From positions 1 through 55,380 of the IMG/VR virus record IMGVR_UViG_3300037339_000563: DNA of 55,380 nucleotides. One strand, written 5' to 3'. Below, piece after piece: positions 44,500-52,494 of the stretch. The position numbers and the translations under genes are program-made. The stretch's first letter is position 1; each line of letters starts with the position of its first letter. The notes beneath the pieces were generated by a model that had not been told where the DNA came from, made no database searches, and worked only from the letters and a program-made list of their open reading frames with translations. Source of the stretch: a virus (taxonomy: Duplodnaviria > Caudoviricetes).

Positions 44500-44570
44500 G
44501 CTCCCATAGCACAATGGTAGTGCGACGGTTTTACATGCCGTTGACGATGGTTCGATTCCTTCTGGGAGCA
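44500..44570 (+). tRNA. tRNA-Val(TAC)
   Basis: ACGGT-TTTACAT-GCCGT. Confidence 0.87.
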
Positions 44571-44575
44571 CCGAG

Positions 44576-44842
44576 ATGACGATTCAAGAGAAGGTTAAGA
44601 CAATGCACTTCCGTATGGCGGAGATGCGAGACAGCGCTAAGAGCGAGCGCAAGGCACGTTGCTTCGCACTCCTGCATGATGCTGTCGTTCACACAGGGCA
44701 TCGCATTGATAACCTGAACAACGATTCGCTCATCGGATTCATCGAATTGGCCGCCCGTACGGTCTCAGAGCCGGACATGAACGACCGGATGCTTCGTGAT
44801 AAGCTCGTCGCCATGGGCTTCAACACGGCCCCAGTCAATTGA
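44576..44842 (+). CDS. hypothetical protein
   Basis: 88-aa ORF. Confidence 0.6.
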   Translation: MTIQEKVKTMHFRMAEMRDSAKSERKARCFALLHDAVVHTGHRIDNLNNDSLIGFIELAARTVSEPDMNDRMLRDKLVAMGFNTAPVN

Positions 44843-45042
44843 GGCGAATGGCCAAGAGTAAGATCATGACTGAAGTTCCTCGCAGTGTGCTTGAGGCAAC
44901 CGCTCAAGTTCTTGGGCCGACGTCAGCTGCCGCTCGCGCCTTGGCTGATGCCGATGCCCACGATGGCGAGACGAAGTTCTTTCGTCATGGCGCACAGATT
45001 ATGGTCAAGATGATCGCCTTACCCGTGGGCCGCTGGAACTAG
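44839..45042 (+). CDS. hypothetical protein
   Basis: small ORF, start uncertain. Confidence 0.5.
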   Translation: MRRMAKSKIMTEVPRSVLEATAQVLGPTSAAARALADADAHDGETKFFRHGAQIMVKMIALPVGRWN

Positions 45043-45047
45043 CAGAC

Positions 45048-45122
45048 GCCCGCGTAGCTCAATTTGGTAGAAGCATCCCGCTTAAGACGGGTTCAGTGCC
45101 GGTTCGAGTCCGGTCGTGGGTA
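45048..45122 (+). tRNA. tRNA-Leu(TAA), short variable loop
   Basis: CCCG-CTTAAGA-CGGG. Confidence 0.82.
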
Positions 45123-45130
45123 CGATTTTT

Positions 45131-45213
45131 GTCGACGTGGCGTAATTTGGTAGCCGCGCTGCGCTTAGGACGCAGTCCCGCAAGGGGTAGGAGTTCAAAT
45201 CTCCTCGTCGACA
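45131..45213 (+). tRNA. tRNA-Leu(TAG)
   Basis: CTGCG-CTTAGGA-CGCAG, variable arm. Confidence 0.9.
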
Positions 45214-45234
45214 CTAGACTGATTTTGTTGGGGT

Positions 45235-45263
45235 TTGACTTCGCAGATCTGATGGCATAGTTT
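45235..45263 (+). promoter_or_regulatory. sigma70-like promoter, leaderless transcript
   Basis: TTGACT-17-TAGTTT-6-ATG. Confidence 0.68.
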
Positions 45264-45269
45264 CAGTTC

Positions 45270-45476
45270 ATGTTTCGTGAACTTATCGAAGCCATCCGAC
45301 TCGAAGGCGCTGCACGTGGAGCCATTGATAAGTGGAGCAAGCCGGGCGAAGGCGTGAAGCTCGCTAAGAAAAGCGTGACCCGATACCTGCGCCAGAAGAC
45401 GAAATTAGAACTCAAGAAGAAGGCTCCCGACGAGGTCAACATTCCTCGTCGCGGAACCAGCGGGTACGAGTCTTAA
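45270..45476 (+). CDS. small basic protein, possible internal head protein
   Basis: MFRELIEAIRLE N-terminal motif. Confidence 0.65.
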   Translation: MFRELIEAIRLEGAARGAIDKWSKPGEGVKLAKKSVTRYLRQKTKLELKKKAPDEVNIPRRGTSGYES

Positions 45477-45561
45477 GTCATCGTGGTGGAATTGGTAGGC
45501 ACGCCAGCTTGAGGTGCTGGTGCCGCAAGGCGTGGGGGTTCGACTCCCCCCGATGACACCA
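45477..45561 (+). tRNA. tRNA-Leu(GAG)
   Basis: CCAGC-TTGAGGT-GCTGG, CCA. Confidence 0.92.
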
Positions 45562-45806
45562 TGAAAGAGAAATCAATCGTCGATACGATTGCAGAGATGG
45601 CCGCTGAACTGCCGAAGAGAGATCTTCGTGCTCTTGAGCGGAAGGATATCGCCATGATGAAGGCGCTGGAACAGCAAGCCATCGCAAGGGTTAAGGCAGA
45701 ATGTCATCCAGACGTCTCCTGCCCGAACTGCAACATCCCACTGATCCCAGAGCACGCGCACGCAAAGTGCCCGAAGTGTCACTACAGAGATTCTTGCTGC
45801 TTCTAA
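45561..45806 (+). CDS. small Zn-ribbon protein
   Basis: CPNC...CPKC. Confidence 0.55.
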   Translation: MKEKSIVDTIAEMAAELPKRDLRALERKDIAMMKALEQQAIARVKAECHPDVSCPNCNIPLIPEHAHAKCPKCHYRDSCCF

Positions 45807-46141
45807 TGAAGGAACACCGTCGAGTAATCGTCGAGTCGCCCTATGCCGGCGACATCGCAACCAACCTCCGATACCTGCGGGCATGCCTGCGCGACTGCCT
45901 GCTGCGAGGTGAGGCACCGTTCGCCAGCCACGGCCTGTACACGCAGGAGGGTGTGCTGGACGACCAGATTCCAGAAGAGCGAGTTCACGGCATCGAAGCT
46001 GGGTTCGCATGGCGCTCAGCGGCCGAGGCAACCGTGGTCTATATCGACCTTGGAATTAGCAACGGCATGACCTACGGTATTTCTCATGCAAATAAGAACG
46101 GTCAACCGGTGGAATATCGAACAATAGAGGGCTGGGCGTAG
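45806..46141 (+). CDS. DUF4406-like / nucleoside deoxyribosyltransferase-fold protein
   Basis: VIVESPYAGD...GEAPFASHGLY...GISNGM. Confidence 0.75.
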   Translation: MKEHRRVIVESPYAGDIATNLRYLRACLRDCLLRGEAPFASHGLYTQEGVLDDQIPEERVHGIEAGFAWRSAAEATVVYIDLGISNGMTYGISHANKNGQPVEYRTIEGWA

Positions 46142-46143
46142 AC

Positions 46144-46452
46144 ATGGGCTGGGCTCAGGAATACATCAGCAAGCTTGTGGCGGGGACGATGGTTCGCTTC
46201 CGACCTCGCGGCAACAGCATGACGGGCAAGGTAAACAACGGCGACCTCGTCACAGTCGTTCCGGTTGACGCCGCCACCGAGCTAACAACCGGAGACATTG
46301 TTCTCTGCCGAGTCAGCGGTCGTGAATACCTCCATCTCATCAAGGCCGTTGGCGCCGATGGTCGCTTCCAGATTGGGAACAATCGCGGCGGCATCAACGG
46401 GTGGACGAGCAGGAGCAGCGTCTTCGGGCGTTGCATCAAAATTGAGAAGTAG
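46144..46452 (+). CDS. S24/S26 peptidase-like protein
   Basis: RPRGNSM, GDIVLC, YLHLIKA. Confidence 0.75.
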   Translation: MGWAQEYISKLVAGTMVRFRPRGNSMTGKVNNGDLVTVVPVDAATELTTGDIVLCRVSGREYLHLIKAVGADGRFQIGNNRGGINGWTSRSSVFGRCIKIEK

Positions 46453-46454
46453 GG

Positions 46455-46483
46455 TTGACAGCTCGCGCAGGCAGACCTAAGGT
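46455..46483 (+). promoter_or_regulatory. sigma70-like promoter
   Basis: TTGACA-17-TAAGGT. Confidence 0.7.
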
Positions 46484-46539
46484 TGATTCCACGATGACTT
46501 CCCGAGCTTGACACTTCGAGTGCGCCGCAGGCCGCGTGG

Positions 46540-46893
46540 TTGCCTGTAAGTCCAGAGGACGCTCCGGTTCTTGCCGTCGAGCATGTCCTCTACCACTACT
46601 GCATCGGTCGCCTCGATGTTCCCATCGGTGACCTCTGCGCCCAGCTGATTCACGCAGCCGGGGAGAGCAGTCCGGGTAATCTTCCGCCGGAAACCCGTGC
46701 GGTTGCGCTTGGTGCTCGTAGCGAATTCGAGCTGTTGAAGCTCGAACAGAAGCTCAAGAAGAAGAACATTCCACATGTGGCCATCCGAGAACCGGATGAG
46801 CCGTTTTGTGGCCAGCTTATGGCTATCGGCATCGCTCCGTGCGACCGATCTCTAGTCAAGAAGGAGGTGAGTAATTTCCCCCTCCTGAAATGA
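46540..46893 (+). CDS. peptidyl-tRNA hydrolase PTH2-like protein
   Basis: RLD...AQLIHAA, IREPD, AIGIAP, FPLL; start uncertain. Confidence 0.8.
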   Translation: MPVSPEDAPVLAVEHVLYHYCIGRLDVPIGDLCAQLIHAAGESSPGNLPPETRAVALGARSEFELLKLEQKLKKKNIPHVAIREPDEPFCGQLMAIGIAPCDRSLVKKEVSNFPLLK

Positions 46894-46898
46894 CATAT

Positions 46899-46979
46899 GG
46901 ATCGGTAGCTCAACGTAGAGCGCCAGGATCTGATGCAAGTCAGAGCTTGGAGATGGTGGTGCAAGTCCATCCCGATCCG
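46899..46979 (+). ncRNA. anticodon-less tRNA mimic 1
   Basis: anticodon arm extended: TCTGAT-GCAA-GTCAGA. Confidence 0.65.
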
Positions 46980-46984
46980 CGTAC

Positions 46985-47077
46985 GCGGAGGTAACTCAGA
47001 GAGCCCTTTTTATCGGGGGCCAGGAAGAGTACCGAGGGTAACCTTGGGAGTCGGTGGTTCGAGTCCATCCCTCCGCA
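46985..47077 (+). ncRNA. anticodon-less tRNA mimic 2
   Basis: hairpin inserted in D-loop; CCGAGG-GTAA-CCTTGG tetraloop arm. Confidence 0.65.
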
Positions 47078-47081
47078 CTAC

Positions 47082-47170
47082 GCCGGATAGCATAAATCGA
47101 TAAATGCGCCCTACCCGCCCTCGTGGTGGCCATGGGAGATGCTGTGGTTTGATTCCCAGTTCCGGCACCA
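47082..47170 (+). ncRNA. anticodon-less tRNA mimic 3
   Basis: GCCGGA/TCCGGC-ACCA, D arm, extended central arm. Confidence 0.55.
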
Positions 47171-47191
47171 ACCTAAGTTACGATGGGACCC

Positions 47192-47401
47192 ATGAAGTGT
47201 AACTGCGGAGCTGATCGCATGCCTCGAAAAGATCGACCAGGACAGCACTATGCTTACTGCAAGGCCTGCGACAGCAAGCACCGCAAGGAAAGCCCGGGAT
47301 ACCTGACCGTTCTGTCTAAAAATCGCAGCAGAGGCAAGGCAATGCGAGCCAGCAACGACAAGGTGGATCAGGTAATCATGCTGGACACGGAAACGCTTTA
47401 A
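47192..47401 (+). CDS. small Cys-containing protein
   Basis: CNC...YCKAC. Confidence 0.5.
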   Translation: MKCNCGADRMPRKDRPGQHYAYCKACDSKHRKESPGYLTVLSKNRSRGKAMRASNDKVDQVIMLDTETL

Positions 47402-47462
47402 CAAGTCCTTATTCCGGCACCAATTTTGACAATCAAATCACGTAATGAGAAGATTGATTCAT

Positions 47463-47536
47463 GATTGCGTAGCTCAACGGCAGAGCATCCAGGCTTAAGC
47501 AACCGGAGGACGCGGGTTCGACTCCCGTCGCATTCG
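47463..47536 (+). ncRNA. tRNA-like element with distorted anticodon arm
   Basis: canonical D/T arms; TCC-A-GG-CTTAAGCAA-CC-GGA. Confidence 0.55.
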
Positions 47537-47610
47537 CTCACGTAGCCCAACTGGTAGGAGGCACCGATTTCAAAAATCGGACAGTGCGGGTCCGAATCCC
47601 GCCGTGAGCA
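47536..47610 (+). tRNA. tRNA-Leu(CAA), short variable loop
   Basis: CCGAT-TTCAAAA-ATCGG. Confidence 0.82.
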
Positions 47611-47692
47611 CAAAAACCACTGTCAGAAAGCGTACCCCGCCGACGTCTCTGAGTTATGAACTGGCGGGAAACTAATCGAAAGGAGGTAGACC

Positions 47693-48232
47693 GTGTCGAC
47701 TGAAACTCTACGAACTCTTGTGCTCTCTCAGGGATATGAGCCGATAAAGGTCATCTCCTGGCAGAGAGCTATCGCCTTGCTTTCCCTGGGCAAGATTGAA
47801 GTGATCGAGGAATACGATCACAACATTCGCTCCGTCAGCCTTGTCATCAAGGTGCCTGCGGTCGTTCGTCTTCTGACGGCGTTTCGCCGGCACAAGAACA
47901 AGGTCAAGTTCTCCCGCGTCAACATCTTCGCGCGCGATAAGTACTCCTGCCAGTACTGCGGCATGAAGGGCAAGCTATCTGAGCTGACCTACGACCACGT
48001 TCTACCGAGAGCGCAGGGCGGCAAGACCGAGTGGAAGAACATCGCTACGGCGTGCTACGCCTGCAACGAAAAGAAGCGGGACCGTACGCCGGAGCAGGCG
48101 AAGATGCGCCTCCGCTCGAAGCCTGACCAGCCCACCTGGGTGCCCGTCATGGTCGTGCAGGTCAACCAGACGTCAGCTCCTGACGCCTGGCGCGATTATG
48201 TGTACTGGACAGGCGAGCTAGAGGACGAGTGA
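47693..48232 (+). CDS. HNH endonuclease (McrA-like)
   Basis: NIFARDKYSCQYCG, TYDHVLPRAQGG, WKNIATACYACNEKK; AGGAGG RBS. Confidence 0.92.
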   Translation: MSTETLRTLVLSQGYEPIKVISWQRAIALLSLGKIEVIEEYDHNIRSVSLVIKVPAVVRLLTAFRRHKNKVKFSRVNIFARDKYSCQYCGMKGKLSELTYDHVLPRAQGGKTEWKNIATACYACNEKKRDRTPEQAKMRLRSKPDQPTWVPVMVVQVNQTSAPDAWRDYVYWTGELEDE

Positions 48233-48267
48233 AGCGCGCGGCCACGCTTAGTATGGCCGCACATTTT

Positions 48268-48351
48268 GGAAGATGACGTCGCTATGGAGCGGCCACCCGT
48301 TTGAAGCGGGAAGGTGCCTACGGGCATGGGGATCGAGACCTCCTTCTTCCG
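48268..48351 (+). tRNA. tRNA-Ser(TGA), Sec-like long D-stem
   Basis: CCCG-TTTGAAG-CGGG, variable arm. Confidence 0.78.
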
Positions 48352-48393
48352 CGAAACATTGACAATTGCAGGCTCTGGCAGCAACGATATTTC

Positions 48394-48795
48394 ATGTCGT
48401 GCTCCATCAAGCTCAGCGCCAAGCCGCTGCACATCAGCGAAGTAGACTGGGTAAACCAAAAGGTTGCCGAAGCGTGCGGGGTTCCTCTGAAGTTCCTGTA
48501 CCCATCGAGCGACGGCATTCATCCCAGCATCCAGGCCCACCAGATGGATCTGGAAGAGTTCACGAAGGTCCAGCGCGAAAACGACACCATGTCCGTCACC
48601 CACAAGGTCGCCTGTGGAACATGTCATCAGGACGTGGAACGGACGCCGGGCCGGCGAATCAAGTCCATTTCGCAAACGCTGGCCATGTCCGAAGCCTGGT
48701 CACGAGAGCTTCGCGCCAAGGTCAAAGAGTCAGAGCGTCAACGCGAGGCCAAGAAGCCTCAGATCTGCGTTGAGATTGACGACTACTGGGACTAA
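48394..48795 (+). CDS. hypothetical protein
   Basis: start trimmed to MSCSIK to clear the tRNA. Confidence 0.55.
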   Translation: MSCSIKLSAKPLHISEVDWVNQKVAEACGVPLKFLYPSSDGIHPSIQAHQMDLEEFTKVQRENDTMSVTHKVACGTCHQDVERTPGRRIKSISQTLAMSEAWSRELRAKVKESERQREAKKPQICVEIDDYWD

Positions 48796-48820
48796 TCGTT
48801 AGCCAGGGTATACTTAAGGC

Positions 48821-48991
48821 ATGCAGATTCCACTGTGCCCCCACGCAAGGCCAGCTTGGCACTTCTGTCCCAGTTGCCCTCAGGAGAACATTCAGCAACC
48901 ACTGCAGATTGAAGCGCCCTTCTACGAAGAAGAGCGCCCGATGCAGCAGGATGAACCCGCGAAGTCCACGGTCATAGTTATAGAATTCTAA
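48821..48991 (+). CDS. small hypothetical protein (56 aa)
   Basis: MQIPLCPHARPAWHFCPSC...; TATACT-6-ATG. Confidence 0.5.
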   Translation: MQIPLCPHARPAWHFCPSCPQENIQQPLQIEAPFYEEERPMQQDEPAKSTVIVIEF

Positions 48992-49012
48992 CTATGCTAG
49001 GCTCGTCCCACA

Positions 49013-49670
49013 GTGTCGGCAATAGTAGAAATCCGAAGTGGTGAGGGCGGAGATCACTCGAAGCGCCTCGTTCAAGACCAGTTCTCCATTTACGCAAAGA
49101 TGGGGAGCCGGAGGTGTCTTTAGCGTCGAACTTCTGACCGAGCGCCCTGGACTCATCGTCTTCAGGGCATCTGGCAAGGGCGCCGATATAGCGTTTGCCA
49201 ACGAATCGGGTGGACACCGCTGGCAGGAGAAATCCGGTGGAAGAATGCAGACTTCCACGATTACGGTAGCTGTTCTCCCTGAGCCGACGGCCACGCAGGT
49301 CATCGTTCGAGACGACGATCTGGAGTGGAACTTCTGCCGTGGATCTGGCGCCGGAGGGCAGCACCGCAACGTCACCAACAGTGCCGTGCAACTGACTCAT
49401 GTCCCCACCGGAATCTCTGTACGCTGTGAATCTGAGCGCTCTCAGCACAGCAACAAAGAAACCGCCCTGGAGATCTTGCGAGCAAGAATATGGGATGCTG
49501 CAAACGAGCAAAGGTCGTTAGCCCTGTCGTCGTCACGCAGAGAGCAAGTGGGGTCGGGAATGCGGGCAGACAAGCGCCGAACGATCCGATCCCAGGATGG
49601 AGTCGTGACCGATCACGTCCTGAACAAGCAGTGGCAGCTAAAAAAATATCTCCGAGGTGACTGGGATTGA
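49013..49670 (+). CDS. class I peptide release factor homolog expressed via +1 frameshift
   Basis: frame 0 MSAIVEIRSGEGG...RRCL*, slip site GGAGG-TGT-CTT-TAG-C, +1 frame with ESGGHRWQ, TSTITVAVLP, GSGAGGQHRN. Confidence 0.87.
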
Positions 49671-49891
49671 TCTGTACGCAATGCGGATACGAGCACGTCG
49701 ATGTTCACCGGACCGGTGAAGCGATGATCACCTACTGCCAGCAATGTGGTCACACGACGGAAGTGAAAAGAGACCCGCCCAGAAAGAAATGGGCGCATAT
49801 CCGCCATCTCCCCGCCGGTAAGCCGATCAAGGGCGGGGCCATCACCAAGCTCATCCCGCTTCCAGATAAGAAACGTCGTCATGGTAGATGA
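49667..49891 (+). CDS. small Zn-ribbon protein
   Basis: CTQC...CQQC. Confidence 0.55.
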   Translation: MICTQCGYEHVDVHRTGEAMITYCQQCGHTTEVKRDPPRKKWAHIRHLPAGKPIKGGAITKLIPLPDKKRRHGR

Positions 49892-49968
49892 ACAGGCTGT
49901 GGAGCCTGGCCCGCTTGGAAGGCGGTGAGAGCCCGCAAGGGCTTGCGGTTCGACTCCGCCGTCTACCG
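49883..49968 (+). tRNA. tRNA-Ser(GGA)
   Basis: CCGC-TTGGAAG-GCGG, variable arm. Confidence 0.82.
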
Positions 49969-50025
49969 CGCAAGCGCTTGCGCCCATCTAGACAATGTCA
50001 GACCCGTCTGAGATTGTCGTGGGCG

Positions 50026-50514
50026 ATGGATGCGCCAAAAGATGAGAGAACCCTTGAGGAGGCGAAGCAATGGCTTCGCGAGCGATTCGAGCAGGGCGCC
50101 GAGTGCCCATGCTGCAAGCAGTACGTGAAGCTCTACAAGCGCAAGCTGAACAGCTTCATGGCCTACGCACTCCTGCTGATCGACCGCTACTTCCGCCAGC
50201 CAGGCGCGAAGGAGTGGCTCCACGTTCCGAGCTACCTCATCGAGCAGAACGCCACGGACCGCGAATGCGCCAAGCTTCGCTACTGGGGACTGATCGAAGA
50301 AATGCCCGAAGGCCGTGAAGACGGAAGTCCACATGCCGGCTTCTACAAAATTACCGAACATGGCAAGCAGTTCGTTAACCGTCAGATTCGGGTCCCTATG
50401 TACGTCTACCTGTACAATGGCTCCCCGGTTAAACGTCTCGACGCCGAGACCATCGACGTCTACGAGGCCCTCGGCGAGAAATTCAATTATAACGAGCTGC
50501 TCGCTGCTCGCTAA
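50026..50514 (+). CDS. hypothetical wHTH-like protein
   Basis: CPCC, KLRYWGLIE, YKITEHGKQF; start trimmed to MDAPK. Confidence 0.7.
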   Translation: MDAPKDERTLEEAKQWLRERFEQGAECPCCKQYVKLYKRKLNSFMAYALLLIDRYFRQPGAKEWLHVPSYLIEQNATDRECAKLRYWGLIEEMPEGREDGSPHAGFYKITEHGKQFVNRQIRVPMYVYLYNGSPVKRLDAETIDVYEALGEKFNYNELLAAR

Positions 50515-50553
50515 TTTGGTGAAAGATAACCGGGGCCGGACTGTAGTTACCGT

Positions 50554-52341
50554 ATGGCCTTCAAGATGAATCGGAGCACGGACATCGTGGACGGCGAGGT
50601 TGTCGTTCGCGTGGGCGCCGATACGCTCTCTTGCCCCAAGGGGCCAAGTCATCCCATGTACCCGGTCATCGAGCTAATCTGGCCGCTTGATGCGCCAGAG
50701 ATTGGCCCGCGTGGCGGGGTCACGATTCGCTGGCAAGACAAGATGGACTCCACAAAGCCATCCAAGTCCACCGCCCCTAAGTACATCGGCCTCATTGAAC
50801 CCAATGGTAGACAGTGGGTCGGGTACCGCGTCCCAAACCACAACCGCGAATTGTTCGAGTCGCTCCGCAAGAAGTGGGGAATGTGGTTCCTGCGCGTTAA
50901 AAGGCTAGACGACGGCAGGAGTCTGTACTGGACGATGTTCAACGATGGCGGCTATTTCCCTGGCAGCCTGGTGAGCATCATCCAGGAAGCCTCCCCTGAC
51001 GCGAACGCCGCGCAAATGCGTGACGTATTCAGGCAGGCGTGGGACGACGCAGAGCAGAAGTCGAAGATTCGCCCAGACATGCTTCTGGCAAGCGACCTCG
51101 GGCGGCGGCTCTTCGACGCCATATCGAAGATCCCCACCATCCTCGAAGAACTCGGCGGCGGCCCGCTGCCATGGGTTCGCAAGGAGATGCCGTGGTGGGG
51201 CAAGCCAGGCCACGCAGGCCACGAATATGTCGTGAGAATGTACCTTGGGATTCTCAAGAGCGTTCGTCAAAACCTATTGCTGACAACGGACGAGAAGGAC
51301 CTTGTCAGGGAGCGTGCCGAGTACGTCAGGATGTACGAAATGATTCGCAAGGCGCGGATCTTTGAGGTAGCCGCTGAGTCATACACCGAGCTGCATAATC
51401 AGATCGACGACCAGGCAGCCAGAGAGGCCAAGCCCGGCGAAGATGTATCATCGGGCTTAGCCGAAATCAACGAGAGGCTGCCGTTCCCGGACAAGCTGCC
51501 GTTCAGGACCTGCTGGTTTGGGCTAACCGACATAGTAACGATAGAGGACAACGCGGCCAAGGTCCGTGGTCTCAAGGGCGGTCCGTACGTGCTAATCGGA
51601 ATCCTCGTCGACGAATGCGGGGACCACCATGAGGTCTTGCTCAACAACGAGGCCGAGCGATACGGAGACACCTTTGCTCTCCACGCAGAAATCGTAACCC
51701 ATCGCATCGAGGAACGCGACGAATGGCTATATCAGTGGTGCCTCGCACCGCTGATTCTCCACGCCCTCGTCGACGGCATCAACGAACACCAGACGACCAT
51801 CGTTACCCAGCGCAAGGTCGGCTTCCAGAGTCAGGGCAAAATCAAGAAGGGACTCGAAGACCTTGGAATCAAGCGTCCGATTCCTCCGCCATTCTATACG
51901 GTATACCTGAAGGATCAGCTCATCCATGAAATGGTCGGCCCTCGCGGCCCCGGCAGGCTCCGCGCGAAGTACGGCCATCGGTTCGACGTGCGCGGGCACT
52001 GGAGCTACAAGGTTCACCGTGGCCAGATGCCAATCGACCCCGAGTACGAGCTGCATCTTCAGAAGCTGAAATACACCATCTTCAAAGACGGACCGCTCGA
52101 TGAGAATACCATAGCGGCGTTCGCCGAACGCGAGCTTCCACCGCGCGAGAACGGCGAGTGGATCGCCGTTAAGAAGTTCTGGAAAGAGTCCTACGTCAAG
52201 GGCCCGGAAACCGGCCCCTACATTCCCTCGACCAGGCGCGCGACAAAGGGCATCTTAGCGTTTGACAACAAGGAGCCGGTCTACGAAGATGATCACTCCT
52301 ATGAGCACGCGAAGACGCCAGCCGGTTCCAAAGTCGCTTAG
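50554..52341 (+). CDS. hypothetical phage protein
   Basis: 595 aa; C-terminal VRGHW...WKESYVKGP motif. Confidence 0.78.
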   Translation: MAFKMNRSTDIVDGEVVVRVGADTLSCPKGPSHPMYPVIELIWPLDAPEIGPRGGVTIRWQDKMDSTKPSKSTAPKYIGLIEPNGRQWVGYRVPNHNRELFESLRKKWGMWFLRVKRLDDGRSLYWTMFNDGGYFPGSLVSIIQEASPDANAAQMRDVFRQAWDDAEQKSKIRPDMLLASDLGRRLFDAISKIPTILEELGGGPLPWVRKEMPWWGKPGHAGHEYVVRMYLGILKSVRQNLLLTTDEKDLVRERAEYVRMYEMIRKARIFEVAAESYTELHNQIDDQAAREAKPGEDVSSGLAEINERLPFPDKLPFRTCWFGLTDIVTIEDNAAKVRGLKGGPYVLIGILVDECGDHHEVLLNNEAERYGDTFALHAEIVTHRIEERDEWLYQWCLAPLILHALVDGINEHQTTIVTQRKVGFQSQGKIKKGLEDLGIKRPIPPPFYTVYLKDQLIHEMVGPRGPGRLRAKYGHRFDVRGHWSYKVHRGQMPIDPEYELHLQKLKYTIFKDGPLDENTIAAFAERELPPRENGEWIAVKKFWKESYVKGPETGPYIPSTRRATKGILAFDNKEPVYEDDHSYEHAKTPAGSKVA

Positions 52342-52414
52342 GCGTCCGTAGCTCAGTGGATAGAGCAGCTGATTTCTAATCAGCTGGTCGCAGGTTCGAG
52401 TCCTGCCGGATGCG
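52342..52414 (+). tRNA. tRNA-Arg(TCT)
   Basis: GCTGA-TTTCTAA-TCAGC. Confidence 0.93.
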
Positions 52415-52418
52415 CTTC

Positions 52419-52491
52419 GGCCCCGTAGTTCAGTGGATAGAATAGCGCTTTCCTAAAGCGAAGGTCGCACGTTCGAGCCGTGCCGGGGTCA
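52419..52491 (+). tRNA. tRNA-Arg(CCT)
   Basis: CGCT-TTCCTAA-AGCG. Confidence 0.92.
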
Positions 52492-52494
52492 CTG

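Noticed and set aside
34956-47613. Many short ORFs overlapping tRNA genes on either strand
   Set aside because: Shadow ORFs of structured GC-rich RNA genes with no protein motifs.
49038-49121. Listed start of the release-factor ORF (MVRAEITR...)
   Set aside because: The conserved RF motif lies in the upstream frame from GTG 49013; the listed N-terminus is off-frame sequence.
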